A stretch of 58,197 nt of DNA from a bacterium (GTDB lineage Bacteria; B130-G9), in assembly GCA_021160245.1 (NCBI GenBank), contig JAGHCW010000154.1, positions 1 through 58,197 on the forward strand, in the 5' to 3' direction. The notes under the pieces were generated by a model that searched no databases, had not been told where the DNA came from, and worked only from the letters and a program-made list of their open reading frames with translations. The translations under genes and the position numbers were made by a program. Below, one piece after another: positions 9,730-21,411 of this stretch; position 1 is the first letter of the stretch; each line of letters starts with the position of its first letter.

Positions 9730-10608
9730 ATGTCACAGGCCAAGCGTGTGCTAGTGGTTGACGACGAAGAATCCGTGCGTGCGGTGCTCTCCAGGTTTCT
9801 GACAAAGCAAGGTATTAGCTTTGAGTGTGCAGATTCGGGGGAGAATGCCATCCAGTGTCTTCAAATGGAAGATTTCGATTTCGTCATAACTGATCTGATG
9901 ATGCCGGATATTGATGGCCTAGAACTCCTCCGGAGAATCAAAACCAAGAACCATAAGATGCCGGTCGCCATAATAACTGGATTCGGGACCTTGGAGATCG
10001 CCGTTGAGGCTTTAAGAAGCGGCGCGGTCGATTTCATCAAGAAACCATTTGACTTCAAACACATCAGCCAACTACTGGCTAAGGTATTCGACCGACAGGA
10101 ACGAGAGACAAGCCAGCAAAAGGCGATTAGCCACATTACTTCGGCAGCTCTCATATTGCCAAATGACATCTCAGTCTTGGAGTCCGCCGGAACAATTGCC
10201 TCAGCGGCGCTTGAGGGCCTGCCTGAATACAACGGCGTTTGCCTCGCCATTATAGAGTCGCTTACCAATGCCATGGAGCATGGGAACCTCGAGATCACTC
10301 ACGAGGAAAAAGACGAGGCAATATCAAATGGCAACTTCCATGAAATCGAAAGGAGCAGGCGAGATAATCCTAAATTGGGTCAACGGAAGATATTCCTGAG
10401 ATTTAGCTTAACCGGTGAGACCTTCACATGTGTAATCCGCGATGAGGGAAACGGATTTGACTGGAAGAATCTCCCCGATCCGAGAACACCGGAGAATATC
10501 TTCAATGCCAGTGGCCGAGGTGTCTTGCTCATTCGCTGCTACATGGATGACGTGAGCTGGAACGAAAAGGGCAACGAAATCACAATGACCAAGAAGCTCG
10601 GAAAATAA
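9730..10608 (+). CDS. Response regulator receiver fused to an RsbW-like (HATPase_c_2) anti-sigma/kinase domain
   Basis: REC domain: VLVVDDE, ITDLMMP (phospho-Asp), ITG, KPF. C-domain: ESLTNAMEHGN, IRDEGNGFD, SGRG...I..YMD.V.WNEKGN. Confidence 0.88.
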   Translation: MSQAKRVLVVDDEESVRAVLSRFLTKQGISFECADSGENAIQCLQMEDFDFVITDLMMPDIDGLELLRRIKTKNHKMPVAIITGFGTLEIAVEALRSGAVDFIKKPFDFKHISQLLAKVFDRQERETSQQKAISHITSAALILPNDISVLESAGTIASAALEGLPEYNGVCLAIIESLTNAMEHGNLEITHEEKDEAISNGNFHEIERSRRDNPKLGQRKIFLRFSLTGETFTCVIRDEGNGFDWKNLPDPRTPENIFNASGRGVLLIRCYMDDVSWNEKGNEITMTKKLGK

Positions 10609-10759
10609 AGCGATTGATAGGCGGAACATCTCTTCTCATTCGTTGCAGGACTGGCTTTCAGAGGCATTCTAGTGAGTGCATTTCACGCTGTTGCTACTTG
10701 ATCACGATTCCTATGAGGCAAGATGCGGCGGTTGGCCTTGTGTCTGCCCGAATATATAG

Positions 10760-11971
10760 ATGGGTGGAGACATGCCCCCAGATTCGACCTGTCAGACAAC
10801 ATCAGGAAGCTCGCCCGTAAGGACCGGACTCGATCTTTTTGCTGAGAATGCTCCTCACCAAGGACTGTCAATAGGCCTCGTCTGCAATCAGGCCTCGGTA
10901 ACGTATGATCTGCGGCATTGCATCGACGTCATCACGGAACGTAGCGGCAATTGCATCCGCGTGATTTTTGCTCCGGAGCATGGTGTTTTTGGCGATCAGC
11001 AGGCCCAAGAGGCGGTTCGAGATGGCCGCGATGAGAGAGATGGCCCAGCTCTCAAGACCATATACGGCCATCATCTTGCCCCTGACCAAGAGATGTTGGG
11101 GGAAATCGACACGCTGGTCTTTGATCTCCAGGATATCGGGGCGAGGTACTACACCTTCGTATGGACAATGCTCCACTGTATGCGAGCGTGCAAGGTCGCA
11201 AGAACACCTATTGTAGTTCTCGACAGGCCCAACCCTCTCAACGGCATAACGCTTGAAGGCAACATGCTTGACGGCCGCTTCGCCTCGTTCGTCGGGATGC
11301 ACCCGATACCAATTCGGCACGGGATGACCATCGGGGAGCTTGGGGGACTTCTCAACTCTGAGCAGGCCATTCATTGCGACCTGCGCGTTGTGAAGATGAA
11401 AAACTGGGAAAGGAACACATATTTTAATGAGACCGGGCTCATTTGGATTCAACCATCGCCGAACATGCCCACACTTGACACGGCCTTAGTCTATCCCGGT
11501 ATGTGCTTACTTGAGGGGACCAACATCTCCGAAGGACGTGGAACAACCCGGCCGTTTGAGCTATTTGGGGCGCCATTCATTGACGCGGATGCTCTTGTCA
11601 AAAGGCTCGATTCCCTGATGCTGCCGGGCGTGCGTTTTCTAAAAGCCGGCTTCAGACCCACGTTCGACAAATACTCCGGGAAGCTCTGCCGAGGCGTTCA
11701 ACTCCATGTCTTGAACAAAGAGACCTTCAAGTCGTATTTGACTGGAATTGCTGTGGTGTCCGCCGTTAGGCAGCTGCATCCCGAGCATTTTCAGTGGAAG
11801 ACGCCACCATACGAGTTCGAGACCGAGAGGCTACCATTCGACATTCTAACAGGGACGGACAAGATAAGGCTGGCGATCGAAAGCGACATGCCAATCGACC
11901 AAATAGAGTCTGGGTGGCAGCAAGAACTGGAGCAATTCCGCAGCTTGAGGGAGAAGTTCCTGCTATATTGA
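10760..11971 (+). CDS. namZ: Exo-beta-N-acetylmuramidase NamZ (DUF1343/YbbC) family protein
   Basis: Motifs GLVCNQAS, FAPEHG, FDLQDIGARYYTF, VLDRPNP, PIRHGMTIGEL, PSPNMPT, YPG.CL.EGTN.SEGRGTTRPFE and C-terminal FLLY. The exact start codon is uncertain. Confidence 0.92.
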   Translation: MGGDMPPDSTCQTTSGSSPVRTGLDLFAENAPHQGLSIGLVCNQASVTYDLRHCIDVITERSGNCIRVIFAPEHGVFGDQQAQEAVRDGRDERDGPALKTIYGHHLAPDQEMLGEIDTLVFDLQDIGARYYTFVWTMLHCMRACKVARTPIVVLDRPNPLNGITLEGNMLDGRFASFVGMHPIPIRHGMTIGELGGLLNSEQAIHCDLRVVKMKNWERNTYFNETGLIWIQPSPNMPTLDTALVYPGMCLLEGTNISEGRGTTRPFELFGAPFIDADALVKRLDSLMLPGVRFLKAGFRPTFDKYSGKLCRGVQLHVLNKETFKSYLTGIAVVSAVRQLHPEHFQWKTPPYEFETERLPFDILTGTDKIRLAIESDMPIDQIESGWQQELEQFRSLREKFLLY

Positions 11972-12176
11972 TGGCCGGCTTTGGGGGCTTTCGCTGCGGC
12001 TTAGCTCCCCTATTCATTGTGACGCAGAACGTGACATGGCCACAATGATGCTAATCTGCATCTCTGGCATTCGGCCTAAATCTTGACTTCTGGCCGTTTC
12101 ATGTTTATATGAGTATTGCTCCGGGGTTTCTCCATGATTACAGATTCGCTTGATGGAAAAGGCCTAAGAGAGGAAG

Positions 12177-15100
12177 ATGAAAAAAGGCAGCAATAACAGG
12201 GTAATTGATGGCCGCTACGAGGTCTTGTCGCGCATAGGAGAGGGCGGGTCCAGTGTGGTTTACAAGGCCTTCGACCGAAGTCTAGGTCGGGTTCTTGCCC
12301 TGAAGGAACTCTCGCGCGCGCAGATGACGAGCTCGGGATTCAGCTGGCGATTCAAGCAAGAATTCATGCTCACCGCTCGACTTCGGCACCCTCACGTTGT
12401 CAGTGTCTATGACTTTGGGACGACCTCGGATGGCAGATACTACTTCACAATGGACTTCGTGGAGGGGCGCTCAATCACGGACTGGTGTCGGGGGAAAGAC
12501 ACAAAGACCATAACCCCCTTGCTCCTTCAGGTGGCGATTGCCCTCGGCTATATACACTCACGCCAAGTGGTCCACGGCGACATAAAACCGAGTAACGTCA
12601 TGATCTGCCACAAGCCACCACAGGATAGCGGTCTGCCCCTTTCGAACTCAGAGCTTTATGATCACGGCTTCGCTGTCCTGATGGATTTTGGTCTGAGCAG
12701 CGTTCTCTCACAGCCATCTCTCTGCACCAGCGGAACCGTCGAGTACATGGCCCCAGAGCGGTTCTTGGGCTCATCTCCTGAGCGGCGGTCGGACCTCTAT
12801 TCGGTTGGGGTCCTGTTTTACGAGATTCTATCTGGGAATCTGCCTTTCTCTTCTAATACAATCGAAGGCTTCATAGAGCATCATCTGAAGACTGAGCCTG
12901 TTTCGCTCTCAACCATCGCGCCGGACACGCCACATCAGCTCTCAGAGATTGTGGCGAGCCTACTTGCAAAGCGACCCAGACAGCGCATCGTCTCGGCTGC
13001 CGCGCTCGTAACTCGTCTCTCAGATATGCTCGGAACGCGCGTCCCAAAAGGACTCGCTACGCGCCCCGACGTATGGCCAAAACAACTCTTCGGCCGCGAT
13101 GAGTCGCTCAAAAAATCGCAGAAGCTGATCTTGGGTCGCCTCAGTGGCTCAGCCTACTCAGCGATGTTCAACGAAGAACCCCCCTTCTCCCTGCAGGAGT
13201 ATCACGATCGCCTCCTCGCGGTCCGGGTTCAAGGCGCGAGTGGCTCTGGCAAGACGGCCTTTCTGGATTTGATGAAGTCAGAGCTGCAGCTTGTCGAGCT
13301 CAGCACGATGGTCTCGCCACCAGGTTCACGGGTCCTAGACGCGTCGAGTTTCATCTCCACTACGCTTGCAAGCGTGGGTATTACACATGTAGAGGCAGAA
13401 GGCAAAACGGCTGCTTTGGGCCAAGCGCCCGCGAAGCAAATTAGAATAGCCAGACCGCCGGAGAGCGCTTGGCCGAAATTGCTGAAGGACTTTGCCGACC
13501 AAGTGGTTGCGGCATCTCAAGCTCGTCCGCTTGTTTGGATGCTGGACGACTACGATCTACTGGATGAGAAATGCAAGCAGACACTTGCCGTTGTTGTTCG
13601 AGCAGCGTGTAGGATGCATGCGGGCCGGAGAATAGCAATCGTGCTGACAAGCGCTTTGGGCGCGGGGACGGAGCTCGATGAGCTCTCCGATGCTGTGGAC
13701 ACGGAATCTATCGAAATGCTCCCTCTGGACGAGACTCAGGTCTCGGAGTGGCTTGACGCCGCGTTCATGCCGAACTCGTTTCCGGCCAAAGTCGCCACAG
13801 CAGTCCACAACAAGACCGACGGCTTGCCTGCCATTGTGGGCCTCTGTATCGAGGCGATTGCTGAAAAGGACATGGTCTTCCTACACGACGGGCACTTCGA
13901 GATCAAGATGCAGCGCCTCAACGAGCTATCCGTGCCAAAAAGCGTAGCGCAGGTTTTTGAGTCGAGGATTTCCCGTCTGACTAATGTAGCCAAGTCCGTT
14001 CTTGTGAAGGCCGCTGTTCTAGGAGAGCCATTCTCGCCAGCGCTGATGATAGGACTTGGAGGGACCTCAACCTCGGCTATGCTTGAGGGAGTTGATGAGC
14101 TATCGAAGTTCGGTCTGATTGTGGCATCTGGTGAGAACAAGGAGACTGCGCGTTATTCGCTCCCAAGTCGCGCCGTGGCCGACGCGGTCACCGCAAGGCT
14201 TTCCGCAGAGGAGAATGCCGCAATTCATCGGCTCATTGCGGAGGGTTGCATCGCTCTTGCCGCAAAATTTAAGGTCGATAAGTCTGGGCCGACGGAAGCT
14301 GTCAACGAGGCCGGTCCAGAGGGATTCGCACACCTAAAAGCAATCGGCGCGGTCCATGCGGCGATTGCAGGTTTAAGCGATACTCTAAGCAACGAGTACG
14401 AGGGGGCTTACGCTTTTCTACAGAGTCGATTCAGGCATGATGACGCAAGGGCAATCACAAAGAGCATGATAATTCAGGCGAAGGAGGCTTCAGACGCCGC
14501 TCTTCTTCAAAAACTACATCTCAGGCTTGGACATCTTAATTTTATACTCGGTGATCTCGACGAGTCAATCGCGGCCTTCGAATCGGGGCTCTCCCGCTCA
14601 AGCGAGGCGACCTGCGATCTCACGGGCGAAGTCGAGGCAGTTTGCAGGCTGGGTATCATCTACTGCGGCCGGGGCAAGTGCGAGGAGGCGCGCGAGCTCT
14701 ATATGAACATGGTCAAGCGACTTGAGGCCTCGAGTTGCGACTTGCCGAATGAAGCGACCATTTTCTCCTCAATTGCACGACTCTATACTTTCCTTGGGCA
14801 GAGCTATTTTGGGCAAAACGACCACGATTCGGCGAGGGTCGCCTTCGAGAAAGCTCTGGGCGCAATACCGGCGCCAATTCTTCAATCCCTTGAGACTGAT
14901 GAGGCGCAAAGCGAGAGCGATCTCCCACCTGCCGGCGCCGACTACCTTCCCAGACTGTTTCGGAATCTAGCGATAATTGAGGATACTGCCGACCATTTTC
15001 AGCAGGCCAAAGTGCTTAGCCTAAAGGCGATACGCGCCGACGCGCTTGTGCAGGATATGTCCGAGCATGCCCGAAACCTCGTAACTCATGGCATGATCAG

Positions 15101-17639
15101 CCAACATCTAAGGGAATACGACGAGGCGGAGAGAGCGTACAATGAGGCGCTTGAGTTCTTCGGGAACGAGGGCTTCAAAGAGGGCATTCTGGTCGTTCGG
15201 AATAATCTCGCCTCAATACTCGAGACAAGGGGTCGATTAAAGGCAACAGCGTTTCAGTTTGAGCAGGCCCTTACCACTGCGAAACAGCTGGGAAACAAGT
15301 ACGCGATAGCATGGACACTCCGCAATCTCGGATATATGCTGTTCCAGCAGGGCTGGTTAAACGAGGCGAAGCGCAAGGAGAAGGAGAGTCTCGCCCTCTG
15401 CAAGGAGAATGGATTTCACGAGGTGAGTATTTGGTGTCATCTTGACACGATCGACATCTCGCTAATAGAGGGGGAGATTGGCGCCGCAAAATCAGCGTTG
15501 AGGATGGCGCGGAAATCAGCTCCGAAAATCGATAGCCAGTCCCTTACGCTGAGAATTGACCTCGCCGAATCGAGCATCGCCAATGCCGAGCTCAATTTCG
15601 GACGAGCCAGCGTAATGGCATCCCGGGTCCTTCCGAATTCGCAGCATCTGGAGGACTCCGATATCGCGTGGGCGCACCGCGAGCGCTCAAAGGCGGCATT
15701 GGGATTAGGTGAATTCGACTCGGCGATGCGCGACATCTCGGAATGTCTTAAGATTGCCCACGCCTCACTTGGGATCAGAGATAAGGCGCTTTGTCTTGCG
15801 CTCTCCGCCAGGGCGAAGGAGGCTATGTCCGACGTTCAAGGAGCGACCGATGATGCCCGTTCGGCGATTGACTTGTTCAAGGAGATGGAGGCATTCCTGG
15901 ATGTGGGGCATCTGGCTGAATATCTCTCTTCTCTTCTGCTCAAGCTCGAAAGCCGACAAGAGGCGCTTCTCATGCTTGAGCTCGCTCGAGACCAGTTCGC
16001 CGGGCTGGACATGAGGGACGAGGCTGCGCGGCTGGACGATCGCATCGAGACTATAAGATGGGGGCACGAGGCGCAGGATAGCCGTGGCTCGCTCGCTGCA
16101 AAGGCCTTCTATGAGGTAACACGGCTCTTTGAGTCTCTCGATGATCTTGATGAGCTGCTCAACTGCGTGATGGACGCCATTATTGAGATATTAGGCGCGG
16201 AGCGTGGTTTGATAATGCTCAAGCATCCTGATACAGGGGCTCTTAAAACGCGAGTGGCCCGTAACGTCGATAAGGAGACGATTGCGGATGTGAGGCGGAT
16301 TAGCAAGAGCGTCGTCCAGCGCGTGGTTGATCTCGGCAAGCCAATTGTAACAACAAATGCGCAGAGTGACCCTAGGTTCCAGCAAAGCAAGAGCGTGTCG
16401 CTATTCGACATAAGATCGATTGTCTGCGTGCCATTGGTTATAGGGAAAGAGGTTGCGGGCACGCTCTATGTGGATAGCAGTTTGTCGGCCACCGTATTCA
16501 CAAAGGAGGACCTATACTTGCTCTCGGCGTTCGCAACACAGGCCTCAATGGCAATAGAGAATGCTATGCTGCTTGAGAGGCTGAAGCGGCATAAGGACGT
16601 TCTTGTTGCAGAGAACATTGAGCTGAGAGAGGCCGTTGCGACGAATTTGGTCTTCTGCGATATTGCAGGCGAGAGCTCGGCAATGCGCAATGTATTCAAA
16701 AAGATCGAGCAGGTGGCGGATGCCGACGTCAACGTCCTTGTTAATGGCGAGAGCGGCACAGGAAAGGAATTGGTCGCGAGGGCAATCCACTTCAGCGGAA
16801 AGAGGAAGGACAAGCCCTTCATCAAAGTCAATTGCGCCGCGATTCCAGAGAGCCTCATGGAGAATGAGCTGTTTGGGCACGAGAAGGGCGCTTACACAAG
16901 CGCGGACGCTTTGAAGATAGGCAAGTTTGAGGCTGCGAATGGGGGTTCACTATTTCTTGACGAGATCGGCGATCTTCCGCTTGGTCTCCAAGCCAAGCTG
17001 CTCACAGCGATTGAGAACAAGGAGTTCCAGAGAGTTGGTGGAACGCAGACCATCCATGTTGACGTGAGGATTCTCACGGCGACGAATAAGGACCTCAAAA
17101 AGCTTATTGGACGCAAGGTGTTTAGAAAGGATTTATTTTACAGGATCAACGAGATGCCGATATGGCTTGCCCCACTACGGCAGAGGAAGGAGGACATTCC
17201 GTGTTTGGTGGAGCATTTCATGGGCAAGTACCGGGATGAGTTCAACTCGCCACTCAAAGAGATCAGCGGAGCCGCGTTCTCGCGCCTCATGCAGTACGAT
17301 TGGCCCGGTAACGTGCGGGAGCTTGAGAGCGCGATAAAGCGGGCCTTGATAGAGGTCTCGGAGCCTGTCTTGGGTGAGCATCATCTCGGTTATCTGCCTC
17401 TTCACGCAACCGGCGGTGATGGGACGCCGCGCGAACAGATGACGCACCTCATTGAGTCTCTTTCTGATGACGATGTTGAGCTGAAGGAAATGCTCTCGCT
17501 GCTGGAGGAGGGCATCCTGAGGCAAGCTATTGAGATAAGAGGTTGGAGCATAAGAAAAACTGCCCAACATTTGGGTATATCGAGAAATACTCTTAAAGCG
17601 AAGCTCGCTAGCCACAACATAGAAATATCGGGTGCATGA
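12177..17639 (+). CDS. Multidomain signal-transduction protein: Ser/Thr kinase, P-loop (STAND-like) ATPase, TPR region, GAF, sigma54-interacting AAA+, Fis-type HTH
   Basis: Kinase: [34 protein letters not shown]. Walker A GASGSGKT. Helical TPR-like repeats. GAF: AERGLIML...SIVCVPL...GTLYVDS. Activator domain: [45 protein letters not shown]: [12 protein letters not shown]. Confidence 0.92.
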   Translation: MKKGSNNRVIDGRYEVLSRIGEGGSSVVYKAFDRSLGRVLALKELSRAQMTSSGFSWRFKQEFMLTARLRHPHVVSVYDFGTTSDGRYYFTMDFVEGRSITDWCRGKDTKTITPLLLQVAIALGYIHSRQVVHGDIKPSNVMICHKPPQDSGLPLSNSELYDHGFAVLMDFGLSSVLSQPSLCTSGTVEYMAPERFLGSSPERRSDLYSVGVLFYEILSGNLPFSSNTIEGFIEHHLKTEPVSLSTIAPDTPHQLSEIVASLLAKRPRQRIVSAAALVTRLSDMLGTRVPKGLATRPDVWPKQLFGRDESLKKSQKLILGRLSGSAYSAMFNEEPPFSLQEYHDRLLAVRVQGASGSGKTAFLDLMKSELQLVELSTMVSPPGSRVLDASSFISTTLASVGITHVEAEGKTAALGQAPAKQIRIARPPESAWPKLLKDFADQVVAASQARPLVWMLDDYDLLDEKCKQTLAVVVRAACRMHAGRRIAIVLTSALGAGTELDELSDAVDTESIEMLPLDETQVSEWLDAAFMPNSFPAKVATAVHNKTDGLPAIVGLCIEAIAEKDMVFLHDGHFEIKMQRLNELSVPKSVAQVFESRISRLTNVAKSVLVKAAVLGEPFSPALMIGLGGTSTSAMLEGVDELSKFGLIVASGENKETARYSLPSRAVADAVTARLSAEENAAIHRLIAEGCIALAAKFKVDKSGPTEAVNEAGPEGFAHLKAIGAVHAAIAGLSDTLSNEYEGAYAFLQSRFRHDDARAITKSMIIQAKEASDAALLQKLHLRLGHLNFILGDLDESIAAFESGLSRSSEATCDLTGEVEAVCRLGIIYCGRGKCEEARELYMNMVKRLEASSCDLPNEATIFSSIARLYTFLGQSYFGQNDHDSARVAFEKALGAIPAPILQSLETDEAQSESDLPPAGADYLPRLFRNLAIIEDTADHFQQAKVLSLKAIRADALVQDMSEHARNLVTHGMISQHLREYDEAERAYNEALEFFGNEGFKEGILVVRNNLASILETRGRLKATAFQFEQALTTAKQLGNKYAIAWTLRNLGYMLFQQGWLNEAKRKEKESLALCKENGFHEVSIWCHLDTIDISLIEGEIGAAKSALRMARKSAPKIDSQSLTLRIDLAESSIANAELNFGRASVMASRVLPNSQHLEDSDIAWAHRERSKAALGLGEFDSAMRDISECLKIAHASLGIRDKALCLALSARAKEAMSDVQGATDDARSAIDLFKEMEAFLDVGHLAEYLSSLLLKLESRQEALLMLELARDQFAGLDMRDEAARLDDRIETIRWGHEAQDSRGSLAAKAFYEVTRLFESLDDLDELLNCVMDAIIEILGAERGLIMLKHPDTGALKTRVARNVDKETIADVRRISKSVVQRVVDLGKPIVTTNAQSDPRFQQSKSVSLFDIRSIVCVPLVIGKEVAGTLYVDSSLSATVFTKEDLYLLSAFATQASMAIENAMLLERLKRHKDVLVAENIELREAVATNLVFCDIAGESSAMRNVFKKIEQVADADVNVLVNGESGTGKELVARAIHFSGKRKDKPFIKVNCAAIPESLMENELFGHEKGAYTSADALKIGKFEAANGGSLFLDEIGDLPLGLQAKLLTAIENKEFQRVGGTQTIHVDVRILTATNKDLKKLIGRKVFRKDLFYRINEMPIWLAPLRQRKEDIPCLVEHFMGKYRDEFNSPLKEISGAAFSRLMQYDWPGNVRELESAIKRALIEVSEPVLGEHHLGYLPLHATGGDGTPREQMTHLIESLSDDDVELKEMLSLLEEGILRQAIEIRGWSIRKTAQHLGISRNTLKAKLASHNIEISGA

Positions 17640-19122
17640 GACAATGACTAGCAATGATCAGAGTTCAATTCGGGAGATTATTTACAAAAAGGACTTCAAA
17701 AGGCTGCCCAGTGGGCTCTCTCTCTCAGCGGATGGCTCTCACACGTCCCTGATCGTGCCGAACCACGAAGTGATGATGCTCGATCCTTACGGCAAGGTGC
17801 TCTGGAAGGGGAATGTGGAAGGCAACGTCTCCCACGTCTATACAACGGCTGATGCATCTATCACGGTCGTTAGCACAACTCGGGGGCTTTTTTACTTCGA
17901 TAAACAGGGCAAAGAAATCCGTAGCATCAAGGAGCCCGTCTCGAGGGCTATCGTCGAGGCAAATGGGAGGTTCACATTCTTCTGCATCTCGGACAGCGTC
18001 AAGGTATCGTCCTCAATATCTCTTCACGATTCGCTCAAGAAGGGCTTTCTTCAAAGGAAACCCGGCGCGGTAGTCTGGAAGGCAAAATTCGATGAACTAA
18101 TTCAATTCATAGGCGCCTCTCGCGATTGTAGCGCGGTGGTGGCCGGCTTCTCGAGGCGCGTTCTCAGTTTGGATTCCAATCAGAACGTGCGCTTCGACCT
18201 GAAGGTCTCCTCCACGATCAAGGGATTGGCGGTCAACTCGGACGCGTCGCACATTGTCTTTTCGACAGCGGACGGCCGCGTGACGTCTCTTCACGGGGAC
18301 GGCAGCGCGCGATTTGTGGCCGACCTGGGTGAAGATATTGGTCCTCTGGACATAAGCGCGGACGGACGCTTAACCATTGCGCCCGCAAGGTCAAAGCCCG
18401 CTATTCTGCTACTCGACAACGCAGGTAATGTGCTGTGGCGTTTTGTGGTTCCCAGGCCGATGAATGTCCGCATCTCGGATGAAGGCTCGGTTTTCGTCGT
18501 CTGCTGCGCGGACGGGCAGTTCCTTGCCTGCGGAAACTACTATCTAGACGCTGACTCCCGAATCGAGCACGCGCTCAAGATGATCGGGAAGAAAGAGCAC
18601 ACCAGACTCTGCCTTAGGGCGATGCTAACCGAGGGGGAGAATGGTCTTTCAGCCTTGCTAGGAGCCATTAAAGACGGCCTAGTTCAGGACGACGCGTGCA
18701 AATTCATAGGGCGCTTCTCAGATGAGTCGCTCCGTGATTTCACTCGGGCGGCTATTCTATACAATACGTCGGATCGGCTCTTCGGATGCTTCGCGTCGTT
18801 TTATGAACGGGCATTGCCCTTTTTGTTGCGCGAGCTTGCAGATATGGAGGACGCAAAGAGTCGCGCTTTTCTGGCGAAGCTAGACGCGTCGGCCTCGGCC
18901 ACAGAAGACGCCAGGCTCTATGACCTTCTTGGTCTTCTGCACTTGGGTCAGGGGAAGATGCAGATGGCGCTTAAGTATTTTTACAAAGCAGCAGGCATGG
19001 ATGACGCGCCGGAGGAGGCCGCCGAGCATCTCCGAAAGGCCATAGAGGAAAATGCGTCACAGAAATCCACTACGAGTATCGACTTGCTATTCACCAAGTT
19101 CATCAAGCCGAATGAGATGTGA
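17632..19122 (+). CDS. Hypothetical protein: WD40/PQQ-like beta-propeller plus helical/TPR C-terminus
   Basis: Repeated (S/N)ADG/SDA....D..G.VLW units; C-terminal [24 protein letters not shown] resembles one TPR. Overlaps the upstream stop by 8 nt (alternative ATG at 17644). No signal peptide seen. Confidence 0.65.
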   Translation: MHETMTSNDQSSIREIIYKKDFKRLPSGLSLSADGSHTSLIVPNHEVMMLDPYGKVLWKGNVEGNVSHVYTTADASITVVSTTRGLFYFDKQGKEIRSIKEPVSRAIVEANGRFTFFCISDSVKVSSSISLHDSLKKGFLQRKPGAVVWKAKFDELIQFIGASRDCSAVVAGFSRRVLSLDSNQNVRFDLKVSSTIKGLAVNSDASHIVFSTADGRVTSLHGDGSARFVADLGEDIGPLDISADGRLTIAPARSKPAILLLDNAGNVLWRFVVPRPMNVRISDEGSVFVVCCADGQFLACGNYYLDADSRIEHALKMIGKKEHTRLCLRAMLTEGENGLSALLGAIKDGLVQDDACKFIGRFSDESLRDFTRAAILYNTSDRLFGCFASFYERALPFLLRELADMEDAKSRAFLAKLDASASATEDARLYDLLGLLHLGQGKMQMALKYFYKAAGMDDAPEEAAEHLRKAIEENASQKSTTSIDLLFTKFIKPNEM

Positions 19123-19203
19123 TTCTGAAAAGAAATAAACGGCGACTCAATCATCGGTGCGTATGAGGCGCCTACCACTTTTGCATTAGGGAGTGATTTT
19201 GCG

Positions 19204-20223
19204 GTGACAGAAGACATGAAAGGGCGCGACTATGTCCGAGGCGCCTTCAAAAGACAGAGAATGAGCAGGTTTGCGGCGTATCCCGTGCTGGGCGCGGTTA
19301 GCGCCAAGTTTCATGGGATCACGATCAGGGAGTTTCTGACGGACGCTGCGAAGTTCGCAGCAGCTCAGATAGAGGCTTGCGAGCGATTTGAGCCGGACAT
19401 AATCGTGATGATGGCAGACCTCGTTATGGAGCCGGAGGCCATGGGCCAGAAGGTTGATTACTTCGATGATCGCATGAACCAACAGCGAGGCTACCTCCTA
19501 GAGGACAAGTCCAAGTTGGCCAGGCTCTCCGTGCCCAACCCGAGCGCGGACGGAAGGATGCCCTTCTACTTGGAAGCCTGTTCTCGTGTCTCCCAGGCAG
19601 GCCTTGATGCCGCCATCGGAAATGTCATCAACGGGCCGTGGTCGCTCGCTTGCGAACTGCGGGGAGCCGAGAAGATTATCCTCGACACTTTCGATGACCC
19701 AGACTTCGTCAAACAACTCATGCAATTCTCAACCGAGGTCGTCAAGTCCTTTGGCGAGGCGGCTGCCAACACCGGCACCGGCATTAGCCTATCGGAGGCG
19801 CCCGCCTCGTGCAGTCTCATCTCGCCATCAATCTACAGGGAATTCGTGATGCCCTATCACAAAGAGGTCGTTGACCATTTTAGCGCCCAAAAGAAGGGCA
19901 TAACGATTCACGTCTGCGGATTCATAGACCCGATCATGGAAATGCTCGTTGATACCGGCCCGGCCGCGATCAGCTTTGACGCGCCGTCGTCGCTCCCGAT
20001 GATGCTCTCGGCCTCAAATGAAAGGACCGTTGTGATTGGCAACGTCCCCACAACGCAGTTCCTAAGTGACGATAGGGACGCGATGCACAAGGCCGTCAAT
20101 CAGTGCAAGGAAGCGGCCGTGAATGCGAACGCTTTTATCGTCGCATCCGGCTGCGAGGTGCCCATACCGTCGACAGCTAAAAGCATCGAGTATTTCATGG
20201 AGGCCGCAAGACAACCCAGATAA
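19204..20223 (+). CDS. Uroporphyrinogen decarboxylase superfamily protein, MtaA/CmuA-like methyltransferase type
   Basis: EPEAMG, DGRMP..LEA, GPWSLA..LRG, LISP..YREF..PY, putative Zn ligands HVCG and SGCEVP, GNV. GTG start with an upstream GGGAG. Confidence 0.85.
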   Translation: MTEDMKGRDYVRGAFKRQRMSRFAAYPVLGAVSAKFHGITIREFLTDAAKFAAAQIEACERFEPDIIVMMADLVMEPEAMGQKVDYFDDRMNQQRGYLLEDKSKLARLSVPNPSADGRMPFYLEACSRVSQAGLDAAIGNVINGPWSLACELRGAEKIILDTFDDPDFVKQLMQFSTEVVKSFGEAAANTGTGISLSEAPASCSLISPSIYREFVMPYHKEVVDHFSAQKKGITIHVCGFIDPIMEMLVDTGPAAISFDAPSSLPMMLSASNERTVVIGNVPTTQFLSDDRDAMHKAVNQCKEAAVNANAFIVASGCEVPIPSTAKSIEYFMEAARQPR

Positions 20224-20258
20224 ATTTCTTGCGCTCTGAATCTTTTCCGATGATGTCA

Positions 20259-20302
20259 GGCGGGCTTTCCAGCCCAGTGCAGGGCGGGCTTTCCAGCCTG
20301 CC
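20259..20302. repeat. Two tandem REP-like palindromes between convergent genes
   Basis: GGCGGGCTTTCCAGCCC (20259-20275) and GGGCGGGCTTTCCAGCCTGCC (20282-20302). Each forms a hairpin with a TTCC loop. Confidence 0.65.
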
Positions 20303-20345
20303 TACCGTAGAGCTCAGCCTGCTCCACTCGCCTCACAGACGGCAA

Positions 20346-21365
20346 TCAGGAGAAGAAACGAAGTAGCCTTAGGATGCCCTGCTTCGGGAAATCGGCGCTC
20401 ATCTCTGATGTCAACATCGCCCTGTTCTTGACGAACCAATCATACGTGTTGTTGAGCGCGTCAACAGCGCTTATTCTCGGTTGCCAACCCAAGAGACGCT
20501 TGGCCTTTGAGCAATCCAGGAGGAAGTCCTTGTCCGCTATCAAATAATGTTCCGTCCCAAGCGGCGAGAGACGAAGCGCGTCAAGAACCACCAGGCATAG
20601 TCTGGCTAGAAAACCAGGAATTCGCACAATTTTCGATCCGGTGCCCGCATTTTCGACAAGGGAGTTCATCTGATCAATGAGCAGAGGTGTGTCGTCGGCG
20701 CCGATGTTGAATATCTCGCCCGACACGTCTTTTTCCCATGCAAGTATGCACGCCTCAATCAGGTCTTGGTATGCGAGCATCTGAAAGCGGTTCTGACCTT
20801 TGCCGATGATGTAAATCCGCTTGCCCATTCTCACCCAATCAAAGAGAATCGTGAGCAGCCCCAATCGCCCCGCTCCGATGATAAACCGAGGGCGGATTAT
20901 ATTTATCTCTTGGCCTCGCTCCATGTATCGCCGACATGCTTCTTCGGCGGCCAGCTTGCTGCGCCCATAATCGCCCATCGGCGCGGTTCGACAAGTCTCA
21001 TCGCATCCGATTCTCTCTGGCTTGCCGTAAACAATACTGCTGGATACATGAACGATTCGCTTCACGCCGGCTGCCTGGGCGGCTTCGAGCACATTCTCGG
21101 TGCCCTCAACATTGACCTTCCAAAAAAGCCTCCCGGCGCGCGAGCATGGCAGCAGGGATACGAGATTGAAGACGGCATCAACGCCTCGCATCGCGCTTTT
21201 CAGGGCGTCTTTATCACCCACATCACCGTGAACGACATCGAGATTGGGATGAGCCAGGTCAAGATCAGTCCGAACATCAAAGACACGAACTCTCTCCCCT
21301 CGCTCAAGAAGCGCTTTAGCCAGGTTCTTGCCAACAAAACCGGCGCCTCCAGCAACCAGTAACAT
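20346..21365 (-). CDS. NAD-dependent epimerase/dehydratase (extended SDR, 3-beta-HSD-like)
   Basis: GGAGFVG, VNVEGT, VSS, catalytic YGRSK, IIRP. Confidence 0.9.
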   Translation of the reverse strand: MLLVAGGAGFVGKNLAKALLERGERVRVFDVRTDLDLAHPNLDVVHGDVGDKDALKSAMRGVDAVFNLVSLLPCSRAGRLFWKVNVEGTENVLEAAQAAGVKRIVHVSSSIVYGKPERIGCDETCRTAPMGDYGRSKLAAEEACRRYMERGQEINIIRPRFIIGAGRLGLLTILFDWVRMGKRIYIIGKGQNRFQMLAYQDLIEACILAWEKDVSGEIFNIGADDTPLLIDQMNSLVENAGTGSKIVRIPGFLARLCLVVLDALRLSPLGTEHYLIADKDFLLDCSKAKRLLGWQPRISAVDALNNTYDWFVKNRAMLTSEMSADFPKQGILRLLRFFS

Positions 21366-21411
21366 AGTCCATTCCTCGTCTCTTGAGGCGCCGGAGCACC
21401 CCGATTCACGC

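Noticed and set aside
12083-12111. Sigma70 promoter for the kinase-activator gene (TTGACT-17 nt-TATATG)
   Set aside because: Plausible, but the -10 lacks the conserved final T; too weak to list as a feature.
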